The notes under the pieces are model-generated. The model worked only from the letters and a program-made list of their open reading frames with translations, searched no databases and was not told the origin of the DNA. The position numbers were made by a program, and so were the translations under genes. A DNA stretch of 64,000 bases from a virus, in the IMG/VR virus record IMGVR_UViG_3300014050_000017, positions 16,134-80,133 of that record; one strand, given 5' to 3'. Below are positions 17,398 through 25,866 of the stretch, in pieces (the stretch's first letter is position 1; the number at the start of each line of letters is the position of its first letter).

Positions 17398-18436
17398 CAG
17401 CTACGAACTTTGAACCTGCCCGTAGGGCATCTAGTACGTCGCGCTCAAGGGTTTCCTTAAGGTCAATCTCTTCCCGTATGGCTCCAAGCATACCATCTTG
17501 GCCCATCCACTTTCTATCGCCATAGTTGTAGTAGGCGCCTGTGCGCTTAATGACCTTATTAAGGATACCCATGGCCATAATCTCTTTAGCAAAATCCACC
17601 TCGCCAGCAGGGATAAGACCGCCATCAGCAAAGTAGAAGTCAAAGGTAGCCACCTGAGAGGGGGCTGCTGACTTGTTCTTTAATACTCGAACCTTAATTG
17701 ACTGGCCTACACGACGCTTTTCTTGCCCAGCTCCTACCTCAATCCACTCATCACGACGCACTTCACAACGGGTAAAGAAGGCATAGTCCTTGCCTAATCC
17801 ACCTGGGGTGGTACGTGGGTCTCCGTACATGACGCCAATCTTTGAACGCCACTGGTTAATAATGATGCCAATAAATGGGCGCTCTACCTCTACTAGGGAG
17901 CGCTTAGACGCCTTGCCAACCTTGCGGAAGAACTTGTTAGTAAGGAGGGCACCGCGACCTACAGTAGATTCCTCCATCTCCTTATCGTCCTCTGCTGTAG
18001 GGACCAAGGCAGGTAGCGAATCAACAACAATACAATCCACCGCTCTACTTTCTGTAAGTTTGACAACGGCTTCATACGCTTCCTCCATGATGTTAGTTGA
18101 AACTACATACACACGTGAGGTATCAACGCCACACATCTTGGCGTAACTATCTACCCATTGTTCAGCGGCTACCCACACAGTTGTAAACTCTGGGTCACGC
18201 TTTTGATTAGCTGCTACAGTCTTAAGTGCAATAGCGGTCTTTCCATTACTGGCTTCACCAATAAGTTCATGCCACTGGTTTGCAGGCCAGCCACCACCTA
18301 GTGCAACGTCTAACGCCAATGAACCCGATGTAAATCGAGCAGGCTGTTCAATAATTTCTGAACCTAATACAATGGTTCCTTCGCCATACTTTTTGTTAAT
18401 TCCTGTAATTGTTTTAATTAACTCTGCATTTTTCAT
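17387..18436 (-). CDS. recA: RecA recombinase
   Basis: SGSLALDVALGGG, GEASNGKT (Walker A), IVVDS, INQ.R.KIG.MYGDP.TTPGG. Confidence 0.93.
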   Translation of the reverse strand: MKNAELIKTITGINKKYGEGTIVLGSEIIEQPARFTSGSLALDVALGGGWPANQWHELIGEASNGKTAIALKTVAANQKRDPEFTTVWVAAEQWVDSYAKMCGVDTSRVYVVSTNIMEEAYEAVVKLTESRAVDCIVVDSLPALVPTAEDDKEMEESTVGRGALLTNKFFRKVGKASKRSLVEVERPFIGIIINQWRSKIGVMYGDPRTTPGGLGKDYAFFTRCEVRRDEWIEVGAGQEKRRVGQSIKVRVLKNKSAAPSQVATFDFYFADGGLIPAGEVDFAKEIMAMGILNKVIKRTGAYYNYGDRKWMGQDGMLGAIREEIDLKETLERDVLDALRAGSKFVADEE

Positions 18437-18810
18437 TATTCAATCTTTCCTATAATAGTTGTTGGATTCCATCCGCCATTTGCCACTTGTCTTGCTGGCT
18501 GTGGTGCGCCTGCCGTTTGTTGTCCTGAGACAATGCCACGACCCATACCACTGCCTGATTGTACTATTGGGTACCCACAGTCATAACATCTCTTACGAGA
18601 CTCAGGTGTTGCGCCACCATAGTTGTTACTACCACAACCTGGGCAACGCTCTGCTTGTGGTGTTCTTTGTTGACTAGGTGGATATTGGGGTTGCTGTGGC
18701 TGTACATAGGTTGCTGGCTGGGGAGCAACATACGGAGGCTGTGCTGGCTGCTGTGGAGCAGACTGTCCAGCAAGTTTATTTGCCCACCATGATTGATTAC
18801 TCATCGTCAT
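18436..18810 (-). CDS. Q/P-rich Zn-ribbon protein
   Basis: CPGC...CYDCG after a low-complexity Q/P tract. Confidence 0.65.
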   Translation of the reverse strand: MTMSNQSWWANKLAGQSAPQQPAQPPYVAPQPATYVQPQQPQYPPSQQRTPQAERCPGCGSNNYGGATPESRKRCYDCGYPIVQSGSGMGRGIVSGQQTAGAPQPARQVANGGWNPTTIIGKIE

Positions 18811-19267
18811 CCTCTTTCGTATCGGTTAATTCTATCTCACCGTGACTGATAAGGCCTATCTCCATAGCAGCAGAAAAAGCACTCATCAAACTGGTCATAG
18901 CAATAACCTTGTACATGGTGCCCATAGTGGTGGTTTCACGTTTAATCTCTTCTATGTTCTCTGGTTCTTTTTCACTTATCTCTGCCACCTGTATACCAGT
19001 TATGGCGTTAGCAACAATGTCAGCCATTAACTCCATAAAGGGAACTAGGTAAGAAATCTCTTCCATGCGAATATCGCTGTCTTCTTCTTGTTTCTCCTGA
19101 CCTTCTTCACTATCAGGATTTATACCAAGAATACTAGCCATCTCATTAGGGTCGCTTAGACCCGTGTCATAAATAAACCACCTGGCTATATCTGTTACAG
19201 GTATGTCTTTTCTTATGATTTCAAAATCTAAATCTATCTTTTTCTTTTTACGATTAAACCAATTCAC
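18797..19267 (-). CDS. hypothetical protein
   Basis: 156-aa ORF coupled to polA. Confidence 0.65.
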   Translation of the reverse strand: MNWFNRKKKKIDLDFEIIRKDIPVTDIARWFIYDTGLSDPNEMASILGINPDSEEGQEKQEEDSDIRMEEISYLVPFMELMADIVANAITGIQVAEISEKEPENIEEIKRETTTMGTMYKVIAMTSLMSAFSAAMEIGLISHGEIELTDTKEDDDE

Positions 19268-21231
19268 TTTGCCTCACCCCATCGCTGCACAACCGTGACG
19301 TCGGCAATAAGAGGGACATCTAACACGTTGATACCTTCCATAGATTCTCTGATTGCCTCTCTAGTCTCTTCGACCAAACTATCTGGGGTTATAGTTACTA
19401 ATTCATCGTGGACGGTAAGAAGGAGGCTGGCCTCGTTAGGTACCATCTTATGAGCCCTAATCATAGCAAGCTTCATGATGTCTGCGGCAGACCCCTGGAT
19501 ACGGGTATTGAACGCCTGACGCTCAGCGCCCGCACGCTCACCTATATTCCTGCTGTTTATCTCTGGTAGGTAACGTTTACGACCAAATATGGTGGATACG
19601 TAACCAACCTTACGGGTAACCCCTACAACCTTGGCTCTGTAGGCACTTACGTTCTGGAACTTATCGCCAAAGTCTTGTAGTAGTTTCTTTGCCTCATTTA
19701 CAGTGCAGCCAATAGAACGAGCAATCTTATCTGGTCCTACACCATAGGCCATGGAAAGAACAAGAACCTTACCTGCCTGACGGTTAACGCCCATAACATC
19801 TCCTACAGTTGTATAGATGTCGCCACCCTCTTTGTAGTTCTTCATCATGATGGGGTCCATAGACATGGACGCAATGATGCGGGGCTCAATCTGTGAGTAG
19901 TCTGCTACAACTAGTTTGTAACCTTCTGGGGCATAGAACAGGTTTCTAATAGCTTTGCCATGGGCTGTGGCTGGGTTGGGAACATTCTGCAAGTTGGGGT
20001 TACGACTAGAGAAACGACCAGTCTCTGCACCGTGCTGAATGAAGTCAGCATGAATACGGCCATCAACAAGTAGGCTTTCCCTATACTCTGTTTTAGATTT
20101 ACCGCCCGTAGTCTTAGTAACCTCGCCACCAAGATACGGAATAACGTAGGTACTCAACAACTTATTTAAATCTGCATACTCTAATAAAGCCTTAACTAGG
20201 GGGTCGGACTCTCTGTAAGGTTCTAACGCCTCTGCGGAAACAGAGAAGTCATCAGTTGTTAAAGCAAGTCCTTCTGCTTCTTTTTTATTGCCTTTACCAG
20301 TTAGAAGTTTTGGCTTTAGACCACGTCCTTCTGGAACTGGTAGGTATAGCAACTGTTGCTTTTCTCTATTGGAATTAATATTAAACACAGTACCTGCAGC
20401 ACTATAAATCTCACCGCGAGCGCGTTCAATGTCTTCTTCTAGTTGAACATGCAGGCTAGACAAAGCATCTTGGTCAATAGGTGCTCCAGCAAGTTTCATA
20501 GAGCATAAAACTCGTAATACGTCCATCTCCAAATCCATGATGTTGGAAACCCCAGCATCTTCAAGCTTTTGCTTTACTACCTTCCAGAGCATAAAGGTGT
20601 ACTTAGCATCTAAATAGGCGTATTTAGCAACCACGCTGAAGGGGTGAATCTCCACCTGAGCGCCTACGCCCTTCTCCATCTCATACCCAAGTTCGCGCTT
20701 CAAGCAATCATCAAGACCGCATTTGTTTTTATTACGGTTGTCATAAACAAAAGAGCCAACCATGGTGTCAAAGTAAGGGCCGTTAGGAATCTCGCCACCA
20801 AAATATTTAGCAATAGAACATAGGTCAAATACTAAGTTGTGACCTATCTTTGTAGCGTCATTGAAGAACAGGGGACGTAGAGCAGCAAACACCTCTGCTG
20901 GGTATAGCTGAGCAGGTGGCTCTGTAAAAACATGTGTGTGAAGCTTTTTATTTTTAGAATAATCATCATCAGTTATAGTTAGGCCTTTTTCAGCACGCTT
21001 TGCGCCCTGACCAGTAAGCGGCTTTATAACTTCAGCCAGTTCTCCATTTGGATGGCCTAAAGGGATTACATCTCCTCTACCGTATGTAGACAAGCTAATC
21101 CACATAATTTCATTTACAACAGGAACGCCTCGACGTTCGCCAACGGTTTCAGTATCAAAGGCAAAAGCATCTTGTTTTAGATAGTACGCAACCATTTCAT
21201 CTAGTTGCTCACGCGTAGTTATTATGTTCAT
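19264..21231 (-). CDS. polA: DNA polymerase family A (3'-5' exonuclease plus polymerase)
   Basis: FDTET, HN..FD, YA..DA exonuclease motifs; TGRFSS.NPNLQN, DYSQIE.R, K...L...YG, VHDE. Confidence 0.95.
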   Translation of the reverse strand: MNIITTREQLDEMVAYYLKQDAFAFDTETVGERRGVPVVNEIMWISLSTYGRGDVIPLGHPNGELAEVIKPLTGQGAKRAEKGLTITDDDYSKNKKLHTHVFTEPPAQLYPAEVFAALRPLFFNDATKIGHNLVFDLCSIAKYFGGEIPNGPYFDTMVGSFVYDNRNKNKCGLDDCLKRELGYEMEKGVGAQVEIHPFSVVAKYAYLDAKYTFMLWKVVKQKLEDAGVSNIMDLEMDVLRVLCSMKLAGAPIDQDALSSLHVQLEEDIERARGEIYSAAGTVFNINSNREKQQLLYLPVPEGRGLKPKLLTGKGNKKEAEGLALTTDDFSVSAEALEPYRESDPLVKALLEYADLNKLLSTYVIPYLGGEVTKTTGGKSKTEYRESLLVDGRIHADFIQHGAETGRFSSRNPNLQNVPNPATAHGKAIRNLFYAPEGYKLVVADYSQIEPRIIASMSMDPIMMKNYKEGGDIYTTVGDVMGVNRQAGKVLVLSMAYGVGPDKIARSIGCTVNEAKKLLQDFGDKFQNVSAYRAKVVGVTRKVGYVSTIFGRKRYLPEINSRNIGERAGAERQAFNTRIQGSAADIMKLAMIRAHKMVPNEASLLLTVHDELVTITPDSLVEETREAIRESMEGINVLDVPLIADVTVVQRWGEAK

Positions 21232-21239
21232 ATCATCCT

Positions 21240-21285
21240 AAAAAAAGTATAGGCTGGGGACAGAGCACGTTCTACCCCCAGCCTA
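21240..21285 (-). terminator. intrinsic terminator after the SSB gene
   Basis: TAGGCTGGGG/CCCCAGCCTA stem followed by a T-run on the - strand. Confidence 0.7.
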
Positions 21286-21295
21286 ACACTATTGA

Positions 21296-21958
21296 TTAAA
21301 GAAGGGAATTAGCGATTTCTTCTAGCTCTTCCCATGTGTGTTCCTTAATAACGGAACGTGTGTAAGGCTCAATCTTTGCCACTTCTGCTTCTGTCTTATC
21401 AGGGTCAATACCCCAATCCTCCATAAGGTCACGTGACTTGATTGCTTGTAGGTGATAAACAGTCTGCTGCATCTTTCCAGTACGGCTGATTGCCCAATAG
21501 TTCTTGGTCAATGGACCCTGTGGTGAGAACTCTGCTGAGTGCAAGGTCTTATAAAGACGTGGGCTTGCAATTAGCATTTGGCGCTGAACACCAGATGGAG
21601 TAATAACTGCGATGGTAAAGGCACGCTTATCTTCAGGCTTGCTTCCAAGCTTGGTGCACAATGGGTCGTTAGGTCCGAGTGAGACGTAAGACTTTTTGCC
21701 AACAGTCTTCTGTTGTAGGAAGTGCTGCTTGTAGATAGCGAAAGGACCATTTTGGTCGATGAATTTAACTACAGTGAACTCTCCGTCGTTAAATTTAAAC
21801 TCAGTTGGGTAGTCACCTGATGCGGTTGTCAGCTGTTCTGCTGCTGCCCAACCTGATTGAACTGCATTGCTTGATGGTACTGCTGGACGGTCATCAACAC
21901 TTGTGGTTGCAAACGCGTCGGTTGTAGTCATGTACTCTTCGGTACGGTCGACTGCCAT
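21296..21958 (-). CDS. putative single-stranded DNA-binding protein (gp32-like)
   Basis: AGGAG RBS; aromatic OB-like pattern (VKF..PFAIYKQHF, YWAISRTG); position next to polA. Confidence 0.55.
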   Translation of the reverse strand: MAVDRTEEYMTTTDAFATTSVDDRPAVPSSNAVQSGWAAAEQLTTASGDYPTEFKFNDGEFTVVKFIDQNGPFAIYKQHFLQQKTVGKKSYVSLGPNDPLCTKLGSKPEDKRAFTIAVITPSGVQRQMLIASPRLYKTLHSAEFSPQGPLTKNYWAISRTGKMQQTVYHLQAIKSRDLMEDWGIDPDKTEAEVAKIEPYTRSVIKEHTWEELEEIANSLL

Positions 21959-21984
21959 AGATTTTTCTCCTAGTTTCTGTTGTT

Positions 21985-22452
21985 TCATCTATTAAGCTCG
22001 GCACTCTTTATAGAGTCCCAAGCCTCAGCTATTGCGTTAGTCAATTGCTGGTTAGGCCATTGTATCCTAGTTTTATCTAGAAGTCCAGCCTTTCCAAACA
22101 ACTCTACCGCCTTTTCAATCTGAGCCCGCGAGTATAACCTGCGGCCTCTTTGTGTTTCGCCGTTCTTTGTTTCTTTATCAGCCAAACGATATGGCGCCTG
22201 TGGGATATAGCCTTCTTTAATCCAGTAACGGATTGTTACAAGGGGTCTACCCAAAGCCTGCGCTAATGCGCCTACCTGATAAAACTCGTGTAGTTCTCCT
22301 GATGGTAGTTTCCTGAATACAGCAGTAGTAGTCCAGTCAGAACCATCTTTATTTATTCTTTTATTTTTTTCTTTTGTCTCACGACGTTTCTTTTTGCTGC
22401 CTGGATAGTATGTATCCAAGTCAGAAAACATCGCATCAATTTCATCTGACAT
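21985..22452 (-). CDS. MerR-like HTH DNA-binding protein
   Basis: YQVGALAQALGRPLVTIRYWIKEGYIP...RRLYS. Confidence 0.75.
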   Translation of the reverse strand: MSDEIDAMFSDLDTYYPGSKKKRRETKEKNKRINKDGSDWTTTAVFRKLPSGELHEFYQVGALAQALGRPLVTIRYWIKEGYIPQAPYRLADKETKNGETQRGRRLYSRAQIEKAVELFGKAGLLDKTRIQWPNQQLTNAIAEAWDSIKSAELNR

Positions 22453-22453
22453 A

Positions 22454-22846
22454 TTACTTCCCAACGATAAACGCGTAACTCACCTTTGCTGGGAACATGG
22501 TATCAATATCTTCTTCAGATAGATGACCGTTATAAAAAGCAGCCATAATCGCTGCCTCATCTAATGTTGGAACCATTTTAATGCAGGTCTCACGGATACC
22601 TTTTTTGGTAAGAATGATTTCTGCTGCACTGATATCAAGACTCTTTGACACACGCTTTTGTTTCATGATTTGTTCGTTCTCATCTACAGATAGAACGATG
22701 TGTCCTTTTTCATCCTCTGTACCAAACTGTTCAATGTTATCTGTCAGACGCTTTTTAATATCTGACTGACGTTTGGTTAGAAGGTCGACGTTATCTTTCA
22801 ACGCCTTGAATTGGCGGATGTCTTCTTTGATTGCTTCAATGTCCAT
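22454..22846 (-). CDS. hypothetical protein (Gam/gp157-like helical-beta layout possible)
   Basis: N-terminal coiled coil followed by a short beta region. Confidence 0.55.
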   Translation of the reverse strand: MDIEAIKEDIRQFKALKDNVDLLTKRQSDIKKRLTDNIEQFGTEDEKGHIVLSVDENEQIMKQKRVSKSLDISAAEIILTKKGIRETCIKMVPTLDEAAIMAAFYNGHLSEEDIDTMFPAKVSYAFIVGK

Positions 22847-22876
22847 AAGTTTCCTAACGTTTAGCTTGTTAGGCAG

Positions 22877-22905
22877 AACTTAATGGATGACTATGACAGT
22901 GTCAA
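22877..22905 (-). promoter_or_regulatory. sigma70/SigA-type promoter TTGACA-N17-TAAGTT with overlapping palindrome
   Basis: Consensus -35 at 22905-22900, 17-nt spacer, TANNNT -10; TGACA-C-TGTCA palindrome overlaps the -35. Confidence 0.7.
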
Positions 22906-22906
22906 G

Positions 22907-23065
22907 TTACTTACTGACGATGCGTGCTGCTTCTTTTGCGGTGTAGCTGCGATAGCCAGTCTTCTTCTTGTTCATGCTGCCTGGCTTCTTAAACCCAGTG
23001 CCCTTAGGCATGTTGTCCTGTCGCCACTTTAGGGCGGCGGCTATCTTATCTTGGTGTTTCCCCAT
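22907..23065 (-). CDS. small basic hypothetical protein
   Basis: MGKHQDKIAAALKWRQ...FKKPGSMN; starts right after the RHH stop. Confidence 0.6.
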   Translation of the reverse strand: MGKHQDKIAAALKWRQDNMPKGTGFKKPGSMNKKKTGYRSYTAKEAARIVSK

Positions 23066-23066
23066 T

Positions 23067-23216
23067 TTATTTATCTTCTTTAATATAGTTTTGAAGAGCG
23101 CGGATAATAACGCTGGTAACCGTAACCTTCTCAGCTGCAGCTTTTCGTTGCACAGCCGTCCAAAGGTTATCGGACACACGAATAGTACGTGTGGGGGTCT
23201 TAGGCGAGTTAGGCAT
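23067..23216 (-). CDS. ribbon-helix-helix (Arc/CopG) DNA-binding protein, leaderless
   Basis: TPTRTIRVSDNLWTAVQRKAAAEKVTVTSVIIRAL; TACACT 6 nt upstream of the ATG. Confidence 0.75.
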   Translation of the reverse strand: MPNSPKTPTRTIRVSDNLWTAVQRKAAAEKVTVTSVIIRALQNYIKEDK

Positions 23217-23231
23217 TCTTATAGTGTAAGG

Positions 23232-23256
23232 GCACCCAACGATAAATGTTGGGTGT
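23232..23256 (-). terminator. hairpin after the tRNA operon (possible terminator or processing stem)
   Basis: CACCCAAC/GTTGGGTG stem immediately 3' of tRNA-Gln. Confidence 0.45.
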
Positions 23257-23258
23257 AC

Positions 23259-23332
23259 TGGCTCCCCCCCATGGATTCGAACCACAACTGGCGCATCCAG
23301 AGTGCGCTGTCCTACCGTTAGACGAGAGGGGA
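23259..23332 (-). tRNA. tRNA-Gln(CTG)
   Basis: Cloverleaf: TCCCCTC acceptor, GCGCA-CT-CTG-GA-TGCGC anticodon arm, GGTTCGAATCC, encoded CCA. Confidence 0.93.
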
Positions 23333-23333
23333 A

Positions 23334-23409
23334 TGGAGCGGTTGACGGGGCTCAAACCCGCGACCTGTACCTTGGCAAGGTACCGCTCTATCAACTGAGC
23401 TACAACCGC
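23334..23409 (-). tRNA. tRNA-Gly(GCC)
   Basis: GCGGTTG acceptor, GTACC-TT-GCC-AA-GGTAC, T-loop TTTGAGC, TCCA end. Confidence 0.93.
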
Positions 23410-23671
23410 AAGCGGCTAGTAAGTCTACGAGCAGACTAACCTACCAGCCATGATACATGAGGATTTACACAAGCTCGTTGTCCTCCAGCTGTCCTCGTCA
23501 GGAGTCGGTCTTACCGCAACGCAGCCTTAGTACCAAAAATGTCAGGTCGGTTTAAACCACGCCGTAAGGATTAACCGAGTCCCCTGACGAGACCGTCTAA
23601 GCGGCTCTAGAAACCCTTAGATACTTGCGTAAACTTCCAACCAATGAGAAGCCATACAAAGTGTTACTCTG
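23410..23671 (-). ncRNA. candidate structured ncRNA inside the tRNA operon
   Basis: No substantial ORF; several long stems whose G-U pairs favour the - strand; a GCAA tetraloop; flanked directly by tRNAs. Confidence 0.55.
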
Positions 23672-23744
23672 CTGCCCCACCTGGACTCGAACCAGGGACA
23701 CTCGCATTAACAGTGCGATGCTCTGCCAACTGAGCTATAGGGCA
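23672..23744 (-). tRNA. tRNA-Asn(GTT)
   Basis: TGCCCTA acceptor, TCGCA-CT-GTT-AA-TGCGA, GGTTCGAGTCC; no encoded CCA; begins at the base after the helicase stop. Confidence 0.92.
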
Positions 23745-25331
23745 CTAAACGTTGCCGTTAGTCAGGTAGGACCTGAGGCTATCGACCGTCATGGAAAGTT
23801 TATCACCGTCTTCTATGCCATTGCCATCTATGATGGCGTTAGCCACAGAGGACTTCTGTTGAAGCATATCGTGCTGGCGTTCTTCAATAGAGCCAGCCAT
23901 AATTAAATCTTGAATTACGATTGAGGGCCAAGTTGATGATGCTCTTTGTATGCGGCCATTCCTTTGCGTTGCACTGCCCGAAGACCAAGGGAGGTCGTAA
24001 TTGATAAGGAGATTAGCAGCAGGAAGGTCCACACCGTAGCCCCCAGCGTCAGAACTAACCAGTACGCGTACAGCGGGATTAGTATTGAAGTCAGTTTTGT
24101 TAGATTCTTTAGTACGAGCATCCATCCTCCCAGAGTATTGGCGACAGATATCTGCCCCAAGTGCATCGGTAATCTTGTCTAGCATGTCAACGTAGGTAGC
24201 AAATATAACAACCTTATTCTCTTCGCTTTGTTCTAGAAACTCTTGAACATACCTAACTAGGTAATCTAATTTAGGTGAATCCTTGCAGCTATCTAAAACC
24301 CCATTATCGACAAGCTCAGCTATATATGCGGAACCCTCTCCGCCCATTTGTTTAAATTTAGTAGCGCTGCTGCGTAACAAGTCTGGATGAGAGCAGAGCA
24401 TCTTAAGTGCTCCAATCTTAGACATAATCTTTCCACGCATCTCATCCTCTGGGCCACCACGTCGAGATTCCATGCCGTAGTGAGCCATGATGTTAAAGTT
24501 AGAACCAAATAAATCCTGTGCCTCATCTAAGTCTGCAAGCAAGTCTTGAGCTATCTTGGTATAAACCTTTGATGATGCTCTATCAAATATGACAGTAATT
24601 GGGTCTTTGTGAATTGTGTCAGGCAAGAAAGGTGCAACATCTGGGTCTTTTTGTGCCTTACGCACAGAAGCTTCCTTCATCTTATTGTGAAGGGTAGACA
24701 AGTTGCGGTAATACTGGGGTGCGCCCCAAGAGTTTCTTACAATGAAAGCCGCGTCAAAGATATCAAACCTACCAAGTACGCTGGCGTCAACGAATTGCAT
24801 AATGCTATACAACTCTTCTGGACGACCATTCTCAATAGGGGTACCCGTGAGTGCAAACCTATATGGTGTGTTGATAAGTTTTTTGACGGCTTTGGAACGC
24901 TTTGATTTAAATGACTTGATGGCTGTGGCCTCGTCAAGGACGACAAATCCTCTTGGTAAGTCTTTGACGGTATCCCAGTCGTTAACAACTTGCTCATAAT
25001 TAAGGATGATGTAATCAACCCCTGTATTACGCCAGTCTTTCGCAAGGTCGTACTGCTCTGCTCTTTTCTTTGGCGTTCCGTCAACGACCAAAGCACGTGA
25101 AGTACCATCTGTAAATTTCTCTATCTGATTAGCCCACTGATATTTCAATGAGGATAGACAAATTATAAGACCTGGTTCTTTTACTTTCCGCTCATCCATC
25201 AAACGTTCTATAGCCGCAATGGTAAGGACGGTCTTACCTAGTCCGAGGTCATACGCCACTAGAACCTTGCCACGTTCGCACATCTTGTCGACCGCTTCAG
25301 GTTGATAGGGGAGTAGAGTTCCTTTAAACAT
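23745..25331 (-). CDS. SNF2-family helicase
   Basis: YQ, DLGLGKT, LDEA, LTGTP.EN, SPKL, GG.G.DL..AN, QRNGRIQR. Confidence 0.92.
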   Translation of the reverse strand: MFKGTLLPYQPEAVDKMCERGKVLVAYDLGLGKTVLTIAAIERLMDERKVKEPGLIICLSSLKYQWANQIEKFTDGTSRALVVDGTPKKRAEQYDLAKDWRNTGVDYIILNYEQVVNDWDTVKDLPRGFVVLDEATAIKSFKSKRSKAVKKLINTPYRFALTGTPIENGRPEELYSIMQFVDASVLGRFDIFDAAFIVRNSWGAPQYYRNLSTLHNKMKEASVRKAQKDPDVAPFLPDTIHKDPITVIFDRASSKVYTKIAQDLLADLDEAQDLFGSNFNIMAHYGMESRRGGPEDEMRGKIMSKIGALKMLCSHPDLLRSSATKFKQMGGEGSAYIAELVDNGVLDSCKDSPKLDYLVRYVQEFLEQSEENKVVIFATYVDMLDKITDALGADICRQYSGRMDARTKESNKTDFNTNPAVRVLVSSDAGGYGVDLPAANLLINYDLPWSSGSATQRNGRIQRASSTWPSIVIQDLIMAGSIEERQHDMLQQKSSVANAIIDGNGIEDGDKLSMTVDSLRSYLTNGNV

Positions 25332-25866
25332 ATGCCTGCATTCTAGTAACAATCAATAGCTCTAAGTCTTTAAGGCTGCTAGCGTTGACGATGATATGGT
25401 CAAAAGGGTAGTCGTCCATCTGAGTCTCTGATACATGGCCGTTAACAGCAGTTACCCCTGGGCGTTCAACTCTCCACACCTGACCACCAGGCAACTCCCA
25501 GATAGCTGTGGCTTCATTTTTAAACCTAACATCAGTGATAACCCACTTGCCGTATACATCTGTTTTATTTATTGCTTGTTTAATCCAGAAGTCTTCTCCA
25601 AAAACCTTACGGGCAGATACCCCAACAGCTTGTAGGGTGTGGCGAACCTGTGGGTTTTTCTTTGCAGCCTCCCACCCATCACGGTCTACCACATTGCGTA
25701 AAAAGATAGGTTCGTTTGCAACATGGCCAACAATAGGATTGAAGTCATAGCAGAACTCCCTAATGGGGTCAGCAAAGGCTACGCGTTGAAAGCCAAATCT
25801 ACGTACAAGAATCTCTGCAACAGTGTCTTTGCCAGACTGTGCGTATCCCGATAATCCGATAATCAT
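25324..25866 (-). CDS. deoxynucleoside monophosphate kinase (T4 gp1-like)
   Basis: IIGLSGYAQSGKDT, FADP, DVRF.NE, H.SE. Confidence 0.88.
   Translation of the reverse strand: MIIGLSGYAQSGKDTVAEILVRRFGFQRVAFADPIREFCYDFNPIVGHVANEPIFLRNVVDRDGWEAAKKNPQVRHTLQAVGVSARKVFGEDFWIKQAINKTDVYGKWVITDVRFKNEATAIWELPGGQVWRVERPGVTAVNGHVSETQMDDYPFDHIIVNASSLKDLELLIVTRMQAYV

Noticed and set aside
23209-23394. 61-aa ORF and the N-terminal extensions of 23067..23285 and 23625..23906
   Set aside because: They overlap bona fide tRNA genes and are spurious.
23410-23671. tmRNA, RNase P RNA, SRP RNA or group I intron; also a 12-codon ORF MASHWLEVYASI
   Set aside because: The diagnostic conserved motifs of these families were not found, both flanking tRNAs are intact, and the mini-ORF has no SD.
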